A program made the position numbers and the translations under genes. The notes beneath the pieces are model-generated. The model saw nothing but the letters and a program-made list of their open reading frames with translations, was not told the origin of the DNA and ran no database searches. A stretch of 64,000 bases of DNA from Podarcis bocagei (lineage: Eukaryota). The stretch lies in the NCBI GenBank assembly GCA_964188305.1, contig OZ076885.1. One strand, 5' to 3'. Positions 1-11,863 of this stretch are shown here, in pieces (position 1 is the first letter of the stretch; the number at the start of each line of letters is the position of its first letter).

Positions 1-1331
1 ACAGAACATACCCTGCACACTGTGCACAGATTCAAATATATTAACTCTGGCTGATCTAGGCTATTTCTGGGATACCATTTGGCTTTAAAGTAACCTGGGT
101 CAAGGAGGTAATGTTAATGTAAATAGAGACGAGACACTGGTAAATGTCATATTTATACAGCAGCTTCCACAACCTCATTCATGCTCGGCATTGGATTGCA
201 CCCTGGACTAATCTGGATCAAGGCCATAGAGGATACATTTGAAAACATTCTTCAAATTAGAGTAAGAACCTAAAAACCTGTAGCTCCTTAAGGAACTCAA
301 AGGAAGGTCAAAGATCTCCATCTGCAGCTTCTTCCATCACAGTGATGATGATGGCAAGAACTGTATTTCAGAATGAAGTAACTGCTTATGTTGTATCAGA
401 AGAAGGGTGTTCTTCCAAAGCAGCCTATCAGATACCCCTGGGAATCTCCACAAAGCAGAGCAAGATGGCGGCAACTATCCAAATAAGTTTCTTTTGCGCA
501 GAATCTGGTGCTACTCAAAGGAACCCTGTCTTTTCTTTTTCAGAATATTTCCTGCAGTGACACAATTCAGAATCTGGATAACTTTTAGCATGCCATTATG
601 AACCAGTTTCCTTACAGGATCAAACTGTTAAAAAAAAAAGGAATTGCTGATCTATGAAGTGATAATCTAGTTATTCAAATGTTTTAAAACCATGAGCATT
701 TCATATCAGATTGCATCGGAAGTGATGAAATGTGACATGCGATATGCAAACACTTTGGAGGGAAAATGTTGACAAAATTTAGTCCCCCCACTCGTTGAAG
801 AAAAAGTGCTATGAAGTCATTTGGAATATGAGATACAAAAAGTATTTCCAGGAAGAGAGTGACCACCAGCATTAACTGGTTCAGAGTGTTTCAGTAATAT
901 GTCAAATGTCTGGCCTGCTCCCCTGTCAAGATTTAGTCACCATTAACTCAGAATTAATTAGTTCCACTTTAACATGGAAGTGGGGTTTTTAGCTGGCAAA
1001 GAGCCAAGAAGAGACCAAGCCAAACAGGCTACCAGTAATCCAAAGATTAGAGATATTATCCTCGTGTGAAAAATTGTCTAAGCAGCAATAGGCCAATAGA
1101 AGACAGGGTGATGCATCTCCTGCTATTTTTTGTCCTTGGTTAATCAGGCTACAGCTTGCCAAGGATTGTGTCAGGGTGTGTGTGTGTGTAAGGAGAAGAG
1201 AGAAAGACTGGTATGGCATTAAACTGAGCGTGCATCTTTCAAATGACAGTTTATTCAGGCAGTGAAGTACGTATTTCTCTGCAGACTGCCGATGCTTGTT
1301 GGCTTCAGTGTATCTGTATACTGTATCTGAA

Positions 1332-1893
1332 GTAGGGCTGCCTCTTAAGAGAGTTTGGAAACTTCAGCTGGTACAGAATTCAGCAGCCAGGTTGTTCTCA
1401 GGGATAAGAAGTATATTACACTGATCCTGGCCCGACTGCACTGGCTACCAATTAGTTTCCAGGCCCAATTCAAAACTATAAAGCCTTCAATGGCTTGTCA
1501 CCGCAACACCTGAAGAACCGCCTCTCCACATATGAACTTACCTAGACCTTGCAATCATCATCTGAGGCCCTTCTTTGTATTTCTCCTCCATGAGAGGTCA
1601 CCGGAGAGTGGCAACAGAAGAAGGGGCTTTTCTGTGGTGGCTCCCAACTTGTGTAATGCTCTCCCCATGGATGCTCACCTGGCATCTTCATTACATATCT
1701 TTCTCTTCAACCGGGTGTTCAGCTGATTAACATTCTATGGCTTTTTAAATAGGTTTGTGGGAAGGGGGTAGTTATTGGTTGGTCTTTGTTTTATTATGGA
1801 GTTTGTATTCTCATTTTGTATTTTTCTGTTGTGAACCACTCTGGGATCTTTGGATGAACAGCTGTATACAAATTTAATAAATAATAATAATAA
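1332..1893 (+). mobile_element. L2-clade LINE, 5'-truncated 3' fragment (ORF2 C-terminus plus 3'UTR and (TAA)n tail)
   Basis: Degenerate translation GLPLKRVWKLQLVQNSAARL...ITLILARLHWLPISFQAQFK...FSVVAPNLCNALP matches the typical squamate L2 ORF2 end. The element ends in TAATAAATAATAATAATAAA. Confidence 0.85.
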
Positions 1894-2579
1894 ACCATTT
1901 TACACTTGACTAAACTAATGCTGCCCAAGAGAGAACAGGTGCCCATACATGCTAGCCCTGTGCACACATAACCATTAGCCATTGTTATTTTTCCTTCACT
2001 ATTGTTAAGCATTAGATGGGGATATACTGCAAATCAGTTTGACTCTGCTTCGTACATGATGGTTTGCATTATCTCAGTTAACCATGGTTAGCAAACATGA
2101 TGCTCAATACAGCTTCCCTACTCTATGTTTACAAGCTGACAATTAGGTTTCCACATATGCTTCTGAGGGCAAGGCTTATCTCAGTAAGCTAAATCACAAT
2201 TTCCCTGTACATGTGGAGTCTTCAGTGAGATTAAGGCAAAAAAATCAGCTTGGATCATTAACTGGATCACAAATGGAAGAGACTTTGATTGGCAGAAGAA
2301 GCCTTTCCAAGAGCCAAACTCGCATTACATTCATAGAGCAGTACGTTCAAATCTAAGTCATCATGAATGGTGGAGTATGTAGTGTTCATTTTACTGTTTT
2401 TATTATTTGTATTGCATGCCACCTTGGAAATAAATATATTAAAGGACAGGGTAGAAATCCACAAAATCAATAAATATTATTTGCACTTGGGCGTGAAGAG
2501 TGCTAAAGAGGAGGCCCATAGAATAAATAGAGATCTCTAGTGAAATTTTTAAGGAGTGCCTCTGCAAATCTGTAGTTCT

Positions 2580-2790
2580 TTTTTATTTAAAGAATTTATA
2601 AACCAGCCACCATTCAAAAATATTGTGGTGGTGTACAAAAAAGAGAAATAAAAATAAAGTACAAAGACAAGACAATAAGAATACATTAAATCCATCCTTA
2701 AACAATAAACAGCATGAATAATATCCAACAATGCTACCCTGAAAAGGCCTGGGTAGATAAAACCAAGTCTAAAGGAAACACCTGAAAGAG
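2580..2790 (-). mobile_element. Degraded L2-type LINE 3' tail
   Basis: TTTATTTAAAGAATTTATAAACC...AAAAGGCCTGGG pattern resembles the other L2 3' ends in the window. Confidence 0.45.
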
Positions 2791-4173
2791 AAAATTGTTG
2801 GCACCAATATAAGAATTTACCAATGCTAGGAAGCATGTTAACTTTCCCCTTCCCACATGGTAAAGGGGATATAGCTATGTTCAAATTGGGAGGTGGGGGA
2901 GAACACTAACAACCTGTGCATCATAAGGAACATAATGTGTTAGGTACTGAAGGGAGCAGCTTGGAGAAGTAAGTGTAGCTGAAGAAGATAATATGGTGCA
3001 TGGATCAGAAACCTGAACAGCTTTTTGGGAGAAAGCAACTTGTAAATATGAGTTTGAGGAGAAAAGCTACCTGTAGGCAAAGGGTTAAGAACACCACACA
3101 CTCCAACTGCTCCTCTAATAAAACTGCATCTAAAGACAGCTTTTAATATCTAAAAAACTGGGGAAAGTTACAGTTGTGTGTACAGTCTAATTTGCAGACA
3201 CTGAACAGAGTTAGGGAAAAGAGGCCCAACCTTTATTCTGAAGTATCCTATCAGCAATCCAGCCAGGGTTGACAACAGTCAGCTAGATGATAGAAGACAG
3301 CTTCCTCTATGCTATTATGTCAGAAGCAGCCACAATCATGCAGAAAATAATTTTTTTATTGTTTGTGTTTGTGTGCTATGTGTGTATAATATTCTATATA
3401 TTATATGGGGTAATTTGAGTTGCGTGGTTTGTGTGCATCAAAAGTAGTTTTGATTACTGGAGTGATTTCAGTGTGCTTTGAAATTACTCGGGTTTTTGAG
3501 TCTGATGGGTATCACTCCCTCTTAAAGCAGATTTCTGGTTTTCAACTGGTATGTAAAAACACCAACAATTAGGAATGCCATTTGCAAAATAGTTCTTAAA
3601 ATAAAGCGTATCTTAGAAACTTGCCATGTAAACAATATAAATCAATGTTTTACTAGATCAATCTCATTCACCTTTCATAACAAAAAAATGGTTAATTCAT
3701 GGACATTTCAAGCCAGTAAGATTTTACAGAACCAGATAAGCATAGTACGGATTCTGCCAGAGCAGCAGGCAGTTGCTTAAACAAGGCCAAAACTTGTGTT
3801 TCACATGAACAGGAGTGAGGGAATATGTTCAAACAGCCAATGTTGCGGCAGATAATAATTTTGTGCTATTGTTCTCATGATAGTGACACAAAAATTGGGC
3901 ATGATTCTTATGCCCCTAATTTGACCATCAATGGCTATTAACCATGATACCCAAATGGAACCTCCTTGTTCGGAGGCAGTGCTTTTTAAAAAAAAATAAT
4001 TTGCCCTACTATGGTAAAATAAAAGACCAAAGTAAATGAGCCTGGAAACCTGTGGTCTAATGCTGTTTTCTTGATTTAAGTCACACATGCACACCACAGC
4101 TATTTGTTCCACTAGAGGGAAATAAAGAGGTGCCCCTATGTTTTCACCAGTGGACCAGAATGTAACTGGAAGG

Positions 4174-4441
4174 ATTATTATTATTATTATTTATTCAATT
4201 TGTTAGTCAATTTATTTTGCCCAAGGTTACCCAAAGTGATTTACAACCAACCAACCAAACAAACAAACAAACAAAACACACATAGATACATTAAAACCAA
4301 GTGGGGGCAGAATACATTAAAGACATTCAACCCACTTTAAAAGGCCATAAAACAGCCAAAGCCCTGGTTGAAGAGGAATGATTTTGCTTGGCACTTGAAG
4401 AAATGCAACAATGGTGCCAGGGAAGCCCCTTTGGGGGAGGG
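4174..4441 (-). mobile_element. L2-type LINE 3' fragment
   Basis: (ATT)n tail, then ...AAAAGGCCATAAAACAGCCAAAGCCCTGGTTGAAGAGGAA...GGTGCCAGG, the reverse complement of the 1332-1893 element's 3' part. Confidence 0.7.
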
Positions 4442-4444
4442 GCT

Positions 4445-5600
4445 ACCATGTAAAGGATATTTTAAATCAGTAAAATGATAGAGGAAAGGACCTGCCTCCT
4501 CCAGGAAGGAACAAAGGAACGAGGGAAAACAGATTTGTGATTGGAGTTTAGGTTTAAAAAATGATGGTAAAAATATACATGAATCTTTTAAAAGTGATTT
4601 CCATAGTCAACATGATGGTATATTTTGCAAAACAAACACATCAAAAGCCAAGCCAGAGATTATTGTTAGCTTGGTGGCCCTACAATGAGTCTGTCGTGAT
4701 GGAGACAAATTACAGGACTCCATTGGGAAAGGGTCATGTTGAAGACAGGCAAGATTCATTTATTGTTCAACTAGCCTAGGTTGGTTAAGGCAGTTCGTTT
4801 GATAGTAGAGAGTACTTCTATGAGAGCCAACCTAAATAGACCTGAAGATTTGACAAAGAGTTTCCTCACATATTTGAACATATCTAATTGTGTTATCAAG
4901 TTATCAGCAAAAACTCTGGATACTTCAGCGAGGAGAATGTCCATCAACTTTGTGAAAACACAATATATGGAAGAGATAATGAAGGGCACTGCCCATAATT
5001 GGTAGCGGTCATTCTCCAACAGCAAAGCATTGTTAAGCTTTTACAATATAGTTCTAGCAGAAAAATGAAGGTAGGTTTGAAAGTTGCAAGAGCAAAAGCA
5101 ATCCTGTGGAGTTATTATTTTAAATTGCAAGGCCAAAGACTTCAGGTGTAAAGGTCCTTGTGATCTGAACTCCTAATTTCGAGTTGGGAAGGTGCAGCAA
5201 CTGGTTAAAAAAAAAGTGTTCTGTGCTATGAGGAATTCTGACTAGAAACCATAAGAACCATTCTTTGACAGGAGTCCCCTGAAGTGAAAACACTGTTCAG
5301 GTTCATCCTGCAGAAAAGGCAATCTGAAGAGGATAAGCAAGACAACCTTATAAACTACGTATCAAAATTTCCATCACATAGGCACTTGAGGAAAATCCAC
5401 CATGTGGAGATAGCATTCGGACTGAAAACATGGAAGATAGACTCTCAGAAGAAGTGTCATGAATTCATTCCTTTGAAAATGGAGAAGACTCTTGTTATAA
5501 AGCTGGTAGGATTGAATTTATGCTCTCTTAGCTTAGCAAAGGGTCTTCTGTTTGAGCTTTTACAAGCAGCTTAGTATTCTGAGAAAATGGGGCAGTGGTG
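4445..5600 (-). mobile_element. Probable decayed DIRS-type retrotransposon ORF1 (gag/LAP2alpha-like) remnant
   Basis: Broken minus-strand frames give, in order: LHLPNSKLG, SLALQFKII, NFQTYLHFSARTIL*KL, LAEVSRVFADNLITQLD, KSSGL..EVLSTI. These echo recalled DIRS ORF1 motifs (HPxPNSLVV, LQFRIANYQA, SSGLPxEVQxTI). Judged by eye only. Confidence 0.35.
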
Positions 5601-6011
5601 CTGGTGGGAACCAGAGCTACAACGTCCTTGACTTCTACTCAACTTGTCACTTGAAATTTACATTTATTTTACATTCTAATCTCTGGTACACATATAGGTA
5701 CTAAAATACATAAAGACTAATGATAATTCAGTAATATAGAGATTAAACTATTAATTGTGTTATGATTTTTAATGTTCCATTAAACTGTTTATAGTGCTCA
5801 TACTTAAGACCTATTCAATTAAAGTATTTGTCAACCTAGGGAGACATACTCCAGCATGCTAATAAATTCATATTGCAAAAGGAATTGTGCAAAAAAGTCA
5901 AGGGTCTTGAGGCTTGCATGCCAAAACAAAGAAAAAGCAAGGAGGTTAACTAGCCCCCTCCACACTATTTTGAAATGTTTCCAAACCACCTATGATTAAC
6001 ACACAATTACT

Positions 6012-6367
6012 GAATTAATGGATAACAAGGTTATCAGCCATGATAACCTCTAGTATCAGAGGAAACATGCCTCTGAATACCTGTTGCCAGAAAACAACTG
6101 AGGGAGAGGGCTATTGCCCTTACATCCTACACATTTATTTATTTTCAAGATTTTTAGCCAACATTACTGTGGCTTCCATCCCAATCATGTAAATTTACAT
6201 AAACTAAAATCACAACCACAATAAAGCATATCAGTAATACAATACTGTAATATATGAGGAAGACAGGTGTGGCAAGCTAAAGCAATGTAGCAAAAGCCTA
6301 CATGTGAGCTTGCCAGTCATATGGGCATCTGATTAGGGACTGCAGAAAGCAGGATATTGGACTAGAT
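6012..6367 (+). mobile_element. CR1 LINE 3'UTR fragment, interrupted by an AT-rich insertion (~6131-6300)
   Basis: AGTATCAGAGG..ATGCCTCTGAATACC.GTTGC and GGCATCTGATT.G..ACTGC.GAAAGCAGGATATTGGACTAGAT match the squamate CR1 3'UTR. Confidence 0.65.
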
Positions 6368-6510
6368 CATAAAATCGTAGAATTGTAGAGTTGGAAGATA
6401 CCACGAGGGTCATCTAGCCCACCCCTGAAATGCAGGAATATTTTGCCTGCATCAGGGCTTGAACTCACGACCCTGAGATTAAGAGCCTCATGCTCTACCA
6501 ACTGAGCTAT
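6367..6510 (-). mobile_element. tRNA-Lys(CTT)-derived SINE with CR1-type tail
   Basis: Minus strand ATAGCTCAGTTGGTAGAGCATGAGGCTCTTAATCTCAGGGTCGTGAGTTCAAGCCC (A/B boxes, tRNA-Lys-like), then TTCCTGCATT...CTTCCAACTCTACAATTCTACGAT. Confidence 0.85.
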
Positions 6511-6579
6511 TTGGTCAAGTAGTTTGGTAGTGAATGTGGACAAGCCCCATATTCCAGGGAGATGCCTTAGAAGGATTTT

Positions 6580-6617
6580 TATCTGAAGAAGTGTGCATGC
6601 ACACGAAAGCTCATACC
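6580..6617 (+). ncRNA. Minimal type I hammerhead ribozyme motif (Penelope-associated)
   Basis: CUGAAGA (6583-6589), A, perfect palindromic stem II GUGUGCAUGCACAC, GAAA (6605-6608), GC, UC cleavage site, and a short stem I (UAU/AUA). Confidence 0.65.
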
Positions 6618-6793
6618 AAGAACTAACTTAGTTGGTCTTTAAGGTACTACTGGAAGGAATTTTTTTATTTTGACTATGGCAGACCAACACGGCTACCTAT
6701 CTGTAACTGTAATAAATGTGTTTGTCTTTAAGGTGCCCCAAGACTCTTAGATGTTTTTAATGCAAAAGACTAACATGGCTACCCCTCTGGAAC
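6581..6793 (+). mobile_element. Penelope-like element terminal (pseudo-LTR) fragments, two in tandem
   Basis: CTGAAGAAGTGTGCATGCACACGAAAGCTCATACC...GTCTTTAAGGT...AGACCAACACGGCTACC, then a second GTCTTTAAGGTGCC...AGACTAACATGGCTACCCCTCTGGAA. Confidence 0.75.
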
Positions 6794-7197
6794 TAATTGA
6801 AGTTTCCAGACTGTCTTGAAAGGCAGTCCCACAAAGAGATGGTTGGCTGCATTGGGGGTCATGGTCAGCTGCACTCTCAAAGCAATCTGACTCTGTATAA
6901 GGCAGCAGTTTCTGTTCCTTATGCATTCCAATGAAGGACCCACCTACTTCTTTATCTCCATAAACTCCCTCCCTAAAACTATTAGGCTTCACATAATGCT
7001 GCCTCTCCCAGTGTACAAAGACAGCTATCTCACTTTAGCCACATAAAAAAGCCCCACAAACACAAGCCAGAACTTCATAAGCCATATTATCTCCCAAAAC
7101 CCTATTAGTTGCAAGGCCCAATAACTTACTGTTATTTTGTTTATTTTAAAAAAATGTATTATTAAGGTTCATTTATTATTCATTATTAGGGGTTCTG

Positions 7198-7700
7198 AGG
7201 TCTAATTCACACCTGTAACAGTGACTGCTTGATATCGAACCGGGCATAAGCTCTTTCATTAGGTATGCCAACACACTCCGACATTTTTTTGGCATAGCAG
7301 CACACCACCACAAAGAAACATTTGTGGTAGCATAGGCTTGCCATATGTCACGGAAACGTCCTAACACGTCCTGGTTTTCAGGTGAAAAAAATGGCGTAAG
7401 GGGATAATTTTACTGAATGGGCAAAATGTCAGGGAAAACCCATATGTATGGCAACGCAATGGAAAAAGCAGCGGAAACAGCTCCAAAAGCTTAAAATCAC
7501 TATGGGGGGGGGGGAGATTTCTCCCAAAAAGCTCAACAATCTGGGTGTCAGGAACTTTACTTTTTGAAATGTGGCAACCCTATGGCAGCATGGCAAAAGG
7601 TGTCCTAATTGTCATAGCAGCCTACCTGACACAAATGTTTCAGCACTCAGTTCTGTTTCAAGCACCTACCACACCACAGTCTGCATATGTGAATGAGGTT
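7198..7700. mobile_element. Old palindromic MITE hosting the hAT insertion
   Basis: Inverted similarity on either side of the hAT element: ATTCACAC / GTGAAT and TGCTTGATATCGAACCG / CAGTTCTGTTTCAAGCA. Confidence 0.4.
7333..7582. mobile_element. Non-autonomous hAT element (Tip100-type termini)
   Basis: TIRs TAGGCTTGCCATAT / ATGTGGCAACCCTA. The 8-bp TSD is TGGTAGCA (7325-7332) / TGGCAGCA (7583-7590). Confidence 0.85.
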
Positions 7701-8688
7701 TAAGGACTGCAGTGATCTCCAAAGGCAAAGCCTCACAGCTGGGATTTCACAAGCCTTCTCTAAAGCATGAAATTAAAGGAGATGGCAAACAAAGCAGCAT
7801 GTAATGATTTATTTTTACACTGTGAGAATTAAATGTAAAAGCTCAATTTAAACACGAAGCTACAATTTGATAAACGAGCTAAAAATACCAGCTTGTAAAT
7901 ATACAGTGACATGTTAATTTCATTTCTGGCAAAAAATAGCACCCAGTTGTTTTCAACAGACATACTATGCTAACAGGAATGTGTGTGCCATAAAGAAATA
8001 GCAACTATAGTTTCCTCTAGGCATGCTGCAGCTCTCTCTTTCCCCAGAGGTCCTAGAAATATGAACTGTAGCTCTTGTATAGCAGTCCAGGAAATAATTG
8101 ATCATTTGCCAGTGTCCTGTTGGCGAGTTACCACTCTTGGGACCCACTTTCAATTTCACACTATTTTGACTTTCTGGACACTGTGGGTTAATTTCTAGGA
8201 GAAAAGATGATTACATACTTGAGCTGTTGTTACAATAGCTGTTCTACGTACATCGTGCATGTGGCATTTGTCTGTGTCATCTAAAATGCAAGAACAAAAA
8301 CCATACAAGAGGGTTTTTGTTTTGCTAGAACAGCAGAAGTCTTAAAATTTTAAAATTACATCAATTTCTTACAGCATGGAACAACAGGGCCCTGCCACCC
8401 CTTCACCTATCAGATGCAGCAAGGGGGGGGGGTTGTTCCAAACCTACGGCTGTATACAAAAAGGGAAAGGATAGAAGACACAAAGCTCTAGAACTTTGAA
8501 GAATCCAGAGAAGAATAGCTGTTTTGTGGTAGCTTGAAATTCAGAGATGACAGGTGTATTTCTCTTAACACTTCATGGATAAAAGTAATCCAGAGCTACA
8601 CAGAATTGCAGCCTCACAGCACAATGCAACTGCTACTGAAGCGAGACCCAAATTGGTCTCCTCAAAAAGAAGTTTTGCATCTCTATAC

Positions 8689-8808
8689 CAATGTGCCCTC
8701 AAGCAGTAAGACACAAATCTTTGTTCTAAGTTGGAGAAAGTTTCCATGTTGTGCTGCAAATGTCTCACAATTCAATGCACGGCCGCATTCCCCATTTACA
8801 GTAAAAAC
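8689..8808 (-). other. Candidate 120-nt frame-preserving exon (unverified)
   Basis: Strong acceptor TTCTTTCCCTTCCCCTATTCAG|G and a weak donor TTG|GTATAG. Open frame VFTVNGECGRALNCETFAAQHGNFLQLRTKICVLLLEGTL, with no recognised homology. Confidence 0.25.
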
Positions 8809-9693
8809 CTGAATAGGGGAAGGGAAAGAATGCCCAATTCACTATCACTGTGAGAAGGTAGAGCAGGCAGGAGTGGTAAGTCTCCAAACAATCTATACTC
8901 ACAATACAGGGTTTTCATTAACAAAGATACAGGTTCAATAGACAACAAGCTGAATAATCACAAACAGAGGGGGAAAAACCTGATCCAAGCATTAATAATT
9001 CAATTAGTATTCATTGAAATAACATTGATTTTAATGAATTTATTTCACAGCATTGTTGCTGCCCTATGTACTTTTTAAACTTTCCATTACAGTTTAACAT
9101 TCATTAAGGCTTGGGCCTTAAATATATCCTTTTCAAATGAAAATAAAAGGATGAAGAGAAAAATCACTATAGGAGAACATTATAATGTTTAAAAACTGTT
9201 TAGCAAAATTAAAACAAAGGAAGCATAATCAATAACGGAAAAAGCACAAACCTACAAAGTTATGTAATACATGCATTTTTCTCCCCCCCCCCATAATTAA
9301 AAAGTCATTTTCATTAGAATTTAAATTTGTAATAATTTATCTATAGGCAAATTCCATGAATGTGATGCAGTAAATTAATCCTGCTATAAGATTACCAATA
9401 TTGCTAGAAGACAGTGATCTTTTATATGAGCTGCAGTCTGCAACCTATATAAACAAATGAGACACTCTTCCGCCCAGCACGTCTAAAAGGTGCCCATATA
9501 TTGCTTTACAAAGTTTTTGCTGATGTGCGAATGCTTTTCCCACAAATTGTGAATGCTTTTTCCACATACCAGAATAACTTCACTTAGAATGGTAAAGGCA
9601 TCACTCCAGCATCCCATAAACTGCAAAAAAATCTCACGTTTATCTTGCTACCCATCATTAGAGGGCAACTAGATGCTAGATACTAGATACTAG

Positions 9694-9930
9694 AACTGCC
9701 AACCTAGCAGTTTGAAAGCATGTCAAAGTGCAAGTAGATAAATAGGTACTGCTCCGGTGGGAAGGTAAACAGCGTTTCCGTGCGCTGCTCTGGTTCACCA
9801 GAAGCGGCTTCGTCATGCTGGCCACATGACCCGGAAGCTGTACGCCGGCTCCCTTGGCCAATAAAGTGAGATGAGCGCCTCAACCCCAGAGTCGTCCACG
9901 ATTGGACCTAATGGTCAGGTGTGCCTTTAC
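9694..9930 (+). mobile_element. Sauria SINE, 5'-truncated
   Basis: GAACTGCCAACCTAGCAGTTTGAAAGCA...GCAAGTAGATAAATAGGTAC...GCTGGCCACATGACCCGGAAG...CCTTTACC. The 11-bp TSD CTAGATACTAG lies at 9683-9693 and 9931-9941. Confidence 0.92.
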
Positions 9931-10164
9931 CTAGATACTAGTATATGTCTACTTTGTGGTGTCATATGCAAGCTAAATGAACTAAGTACAAGGTATGTGA
10001 GCAAACTGCAATTTAAAAAGCAGGGAAACCCAACATGCAAACAAATCCAAAATGCACATACAGCGTATTGAAACTTATTAGAAGATAGGTGAGAGTATCA
10101 CCTCTATATGGGTATGAATTTTTCAAAAAAATATGTTCACCTGTGCTTTCACTTTCCAGTAGTT

Positions 10165-10278
10165 CACAGAATTGTAGAGTTGGAAGGGACCCTAAGAGTC
10201 ATCTAAGTCCAATCCCCTGCAATGCAGGAATCTCAACTAGATCATACATGACAGATGGTCATCCAACCTCTGCTTAAA
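10165..10278 (-). mobile_element. CR1 LINE 3' end
   Basis: AGAATTGTAGAGTTGGAAGGGACC...ATCTA.GTCCAA.CCCCTGCAATGCAGGAA...ACAGATGG.CATCCAACCTCTGCTTAAAA. Confidence 0.8.
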
Positions 10279-11863
10279 AAGGAGACAGGAGGTAGAAATC
10301 TCTATAAAGACTGCATTATGAGGCACATATTTTAAAGATGACTTTGGATTACTGTTCTCATTCGATAGCCTGAGACATATGGCCTGGCATTAAAACATTG
10401 CTTCATTCTCCTGGCAATTAATTTTTTGGCTGGGAGCTAGCATAGCATAGTGCCAACAAGATCTTGCGTAAATAGGATTTTCCAGTACTCTGTAAACCTG
10501 TTATGAGGGATCAGTGACACTTCATAAAAACTACTTCAGTTGCAAGATTGGTTGCAAGACTGAAACACACACTAAGTAAACAAAAAATTCAATAGCTCTT
10601 CTCCAGTACATGCTCAAGAACACTTAGCCTCTCAAAACTCTGGGGAGCCTGTCTGCCAAGCCATCCATGGAGAGGCTAAAGCAGCTGCTCTACTCTGAAC
10701 TTGGATATGGTCTTCACTTTTTCTCTCTTTCTAGAGATTCAAGCATTGGCCCCTTGTGCTTTGTCCTCTTCTATAACAGGGAGCACCCACAATGGGGCAT
10801 GTTGCAAATATGGCCCTCTAGGATACAACAGAGTTGTACACAGCTAGGTACTTTTGATGGACAGCAAATCTTGGCATCAGCAAAGCCTACTGGATTCACT
10901 TCGGTGCACTGCAATAATTTTATAATGATCTAAATATAAATATGATCCCCTTTACATTTCTGCTGTCACACAGAATCGTGTCAAATATTTAAAAAGTGAT
11001 GCAGAACTACACTGCTGTTTTCACCATTTATTTTAAAAACAAACAATAGAAATGGTTATTGTTAGCAGCAGGGTTAGAGCCAATCCCAATGTTCTTGTAG
11101 CCTGCCTTTCAGTTACAATTCTGCATTGTGAAAATTTGTCAGATGGTTTGTATTTCCCTTTTAGAACCATATTTTTCCCTTTCAGTGCTCTTATTAAATT
11201 ATTAGCTTCCTTAGGTTTAGATTTATGTTCAGAGAGTCAAATTATCTTCCTTTTTAAAAAGCCTCCCTGAGCCGCTTTCCCAGCTTAGTTCAGCTGCAGG
11301 AAACCACAGCACTCCAAATTCTTACTTTCTTCATAAACCACACCTGTTATATTTGATATTGCTTTCAAATGAACAAAAACTGTTAATTCCGTATCTATGC
11401 AGAGTAAGGCAGAATTTAGATGGTTAAGCAAAAACTTCTCAATTTGTTTAACAGTTACCTGTTATACAATCGGATTTGAATTGTTCCACACTAGTTTCTT
11501 AGATACATAAACGTAAATGTACACAAATCTCAAGAACATGCAGCAACAACTAATATACATCATCCACTAATATACATAATCCTTTCAGACATTCTGGTCC
11601 TTATCTGAAATCAGCTTATCTGGAATATAAATGCAAATTCTGCCATTAAAGGAAACTATGGAGGGGGCAGTCTAACTGTCCTCCCCACCCTGTGTCTCAG
11701 GCCACATTTGATCATGCCTCAGGAATGCCTAGATCTCTGACTGACTCACAATTTCTACAATTGTGCAAGGCTTTTATTATTATTTCAGCAGTTCTGCGCA
11801 CAAACTGCTTTGCTTAAAACAAATGTAAGAGATTTAATTATATTTCTATAGTTATGAGACATA

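Noticed and set aside
4105-4122. CTCF-like CCACTAGAGGGAAA
   Set aside because: The 3' GGC(A/G)C part is mismatched, and a single motif cannot be supported without ChIP data.
6440-6510. tRNA-Lys gene
   Set aside because: The acceptor stem is broken and it is fused to a CR1-type tail, so it is a SINE head.
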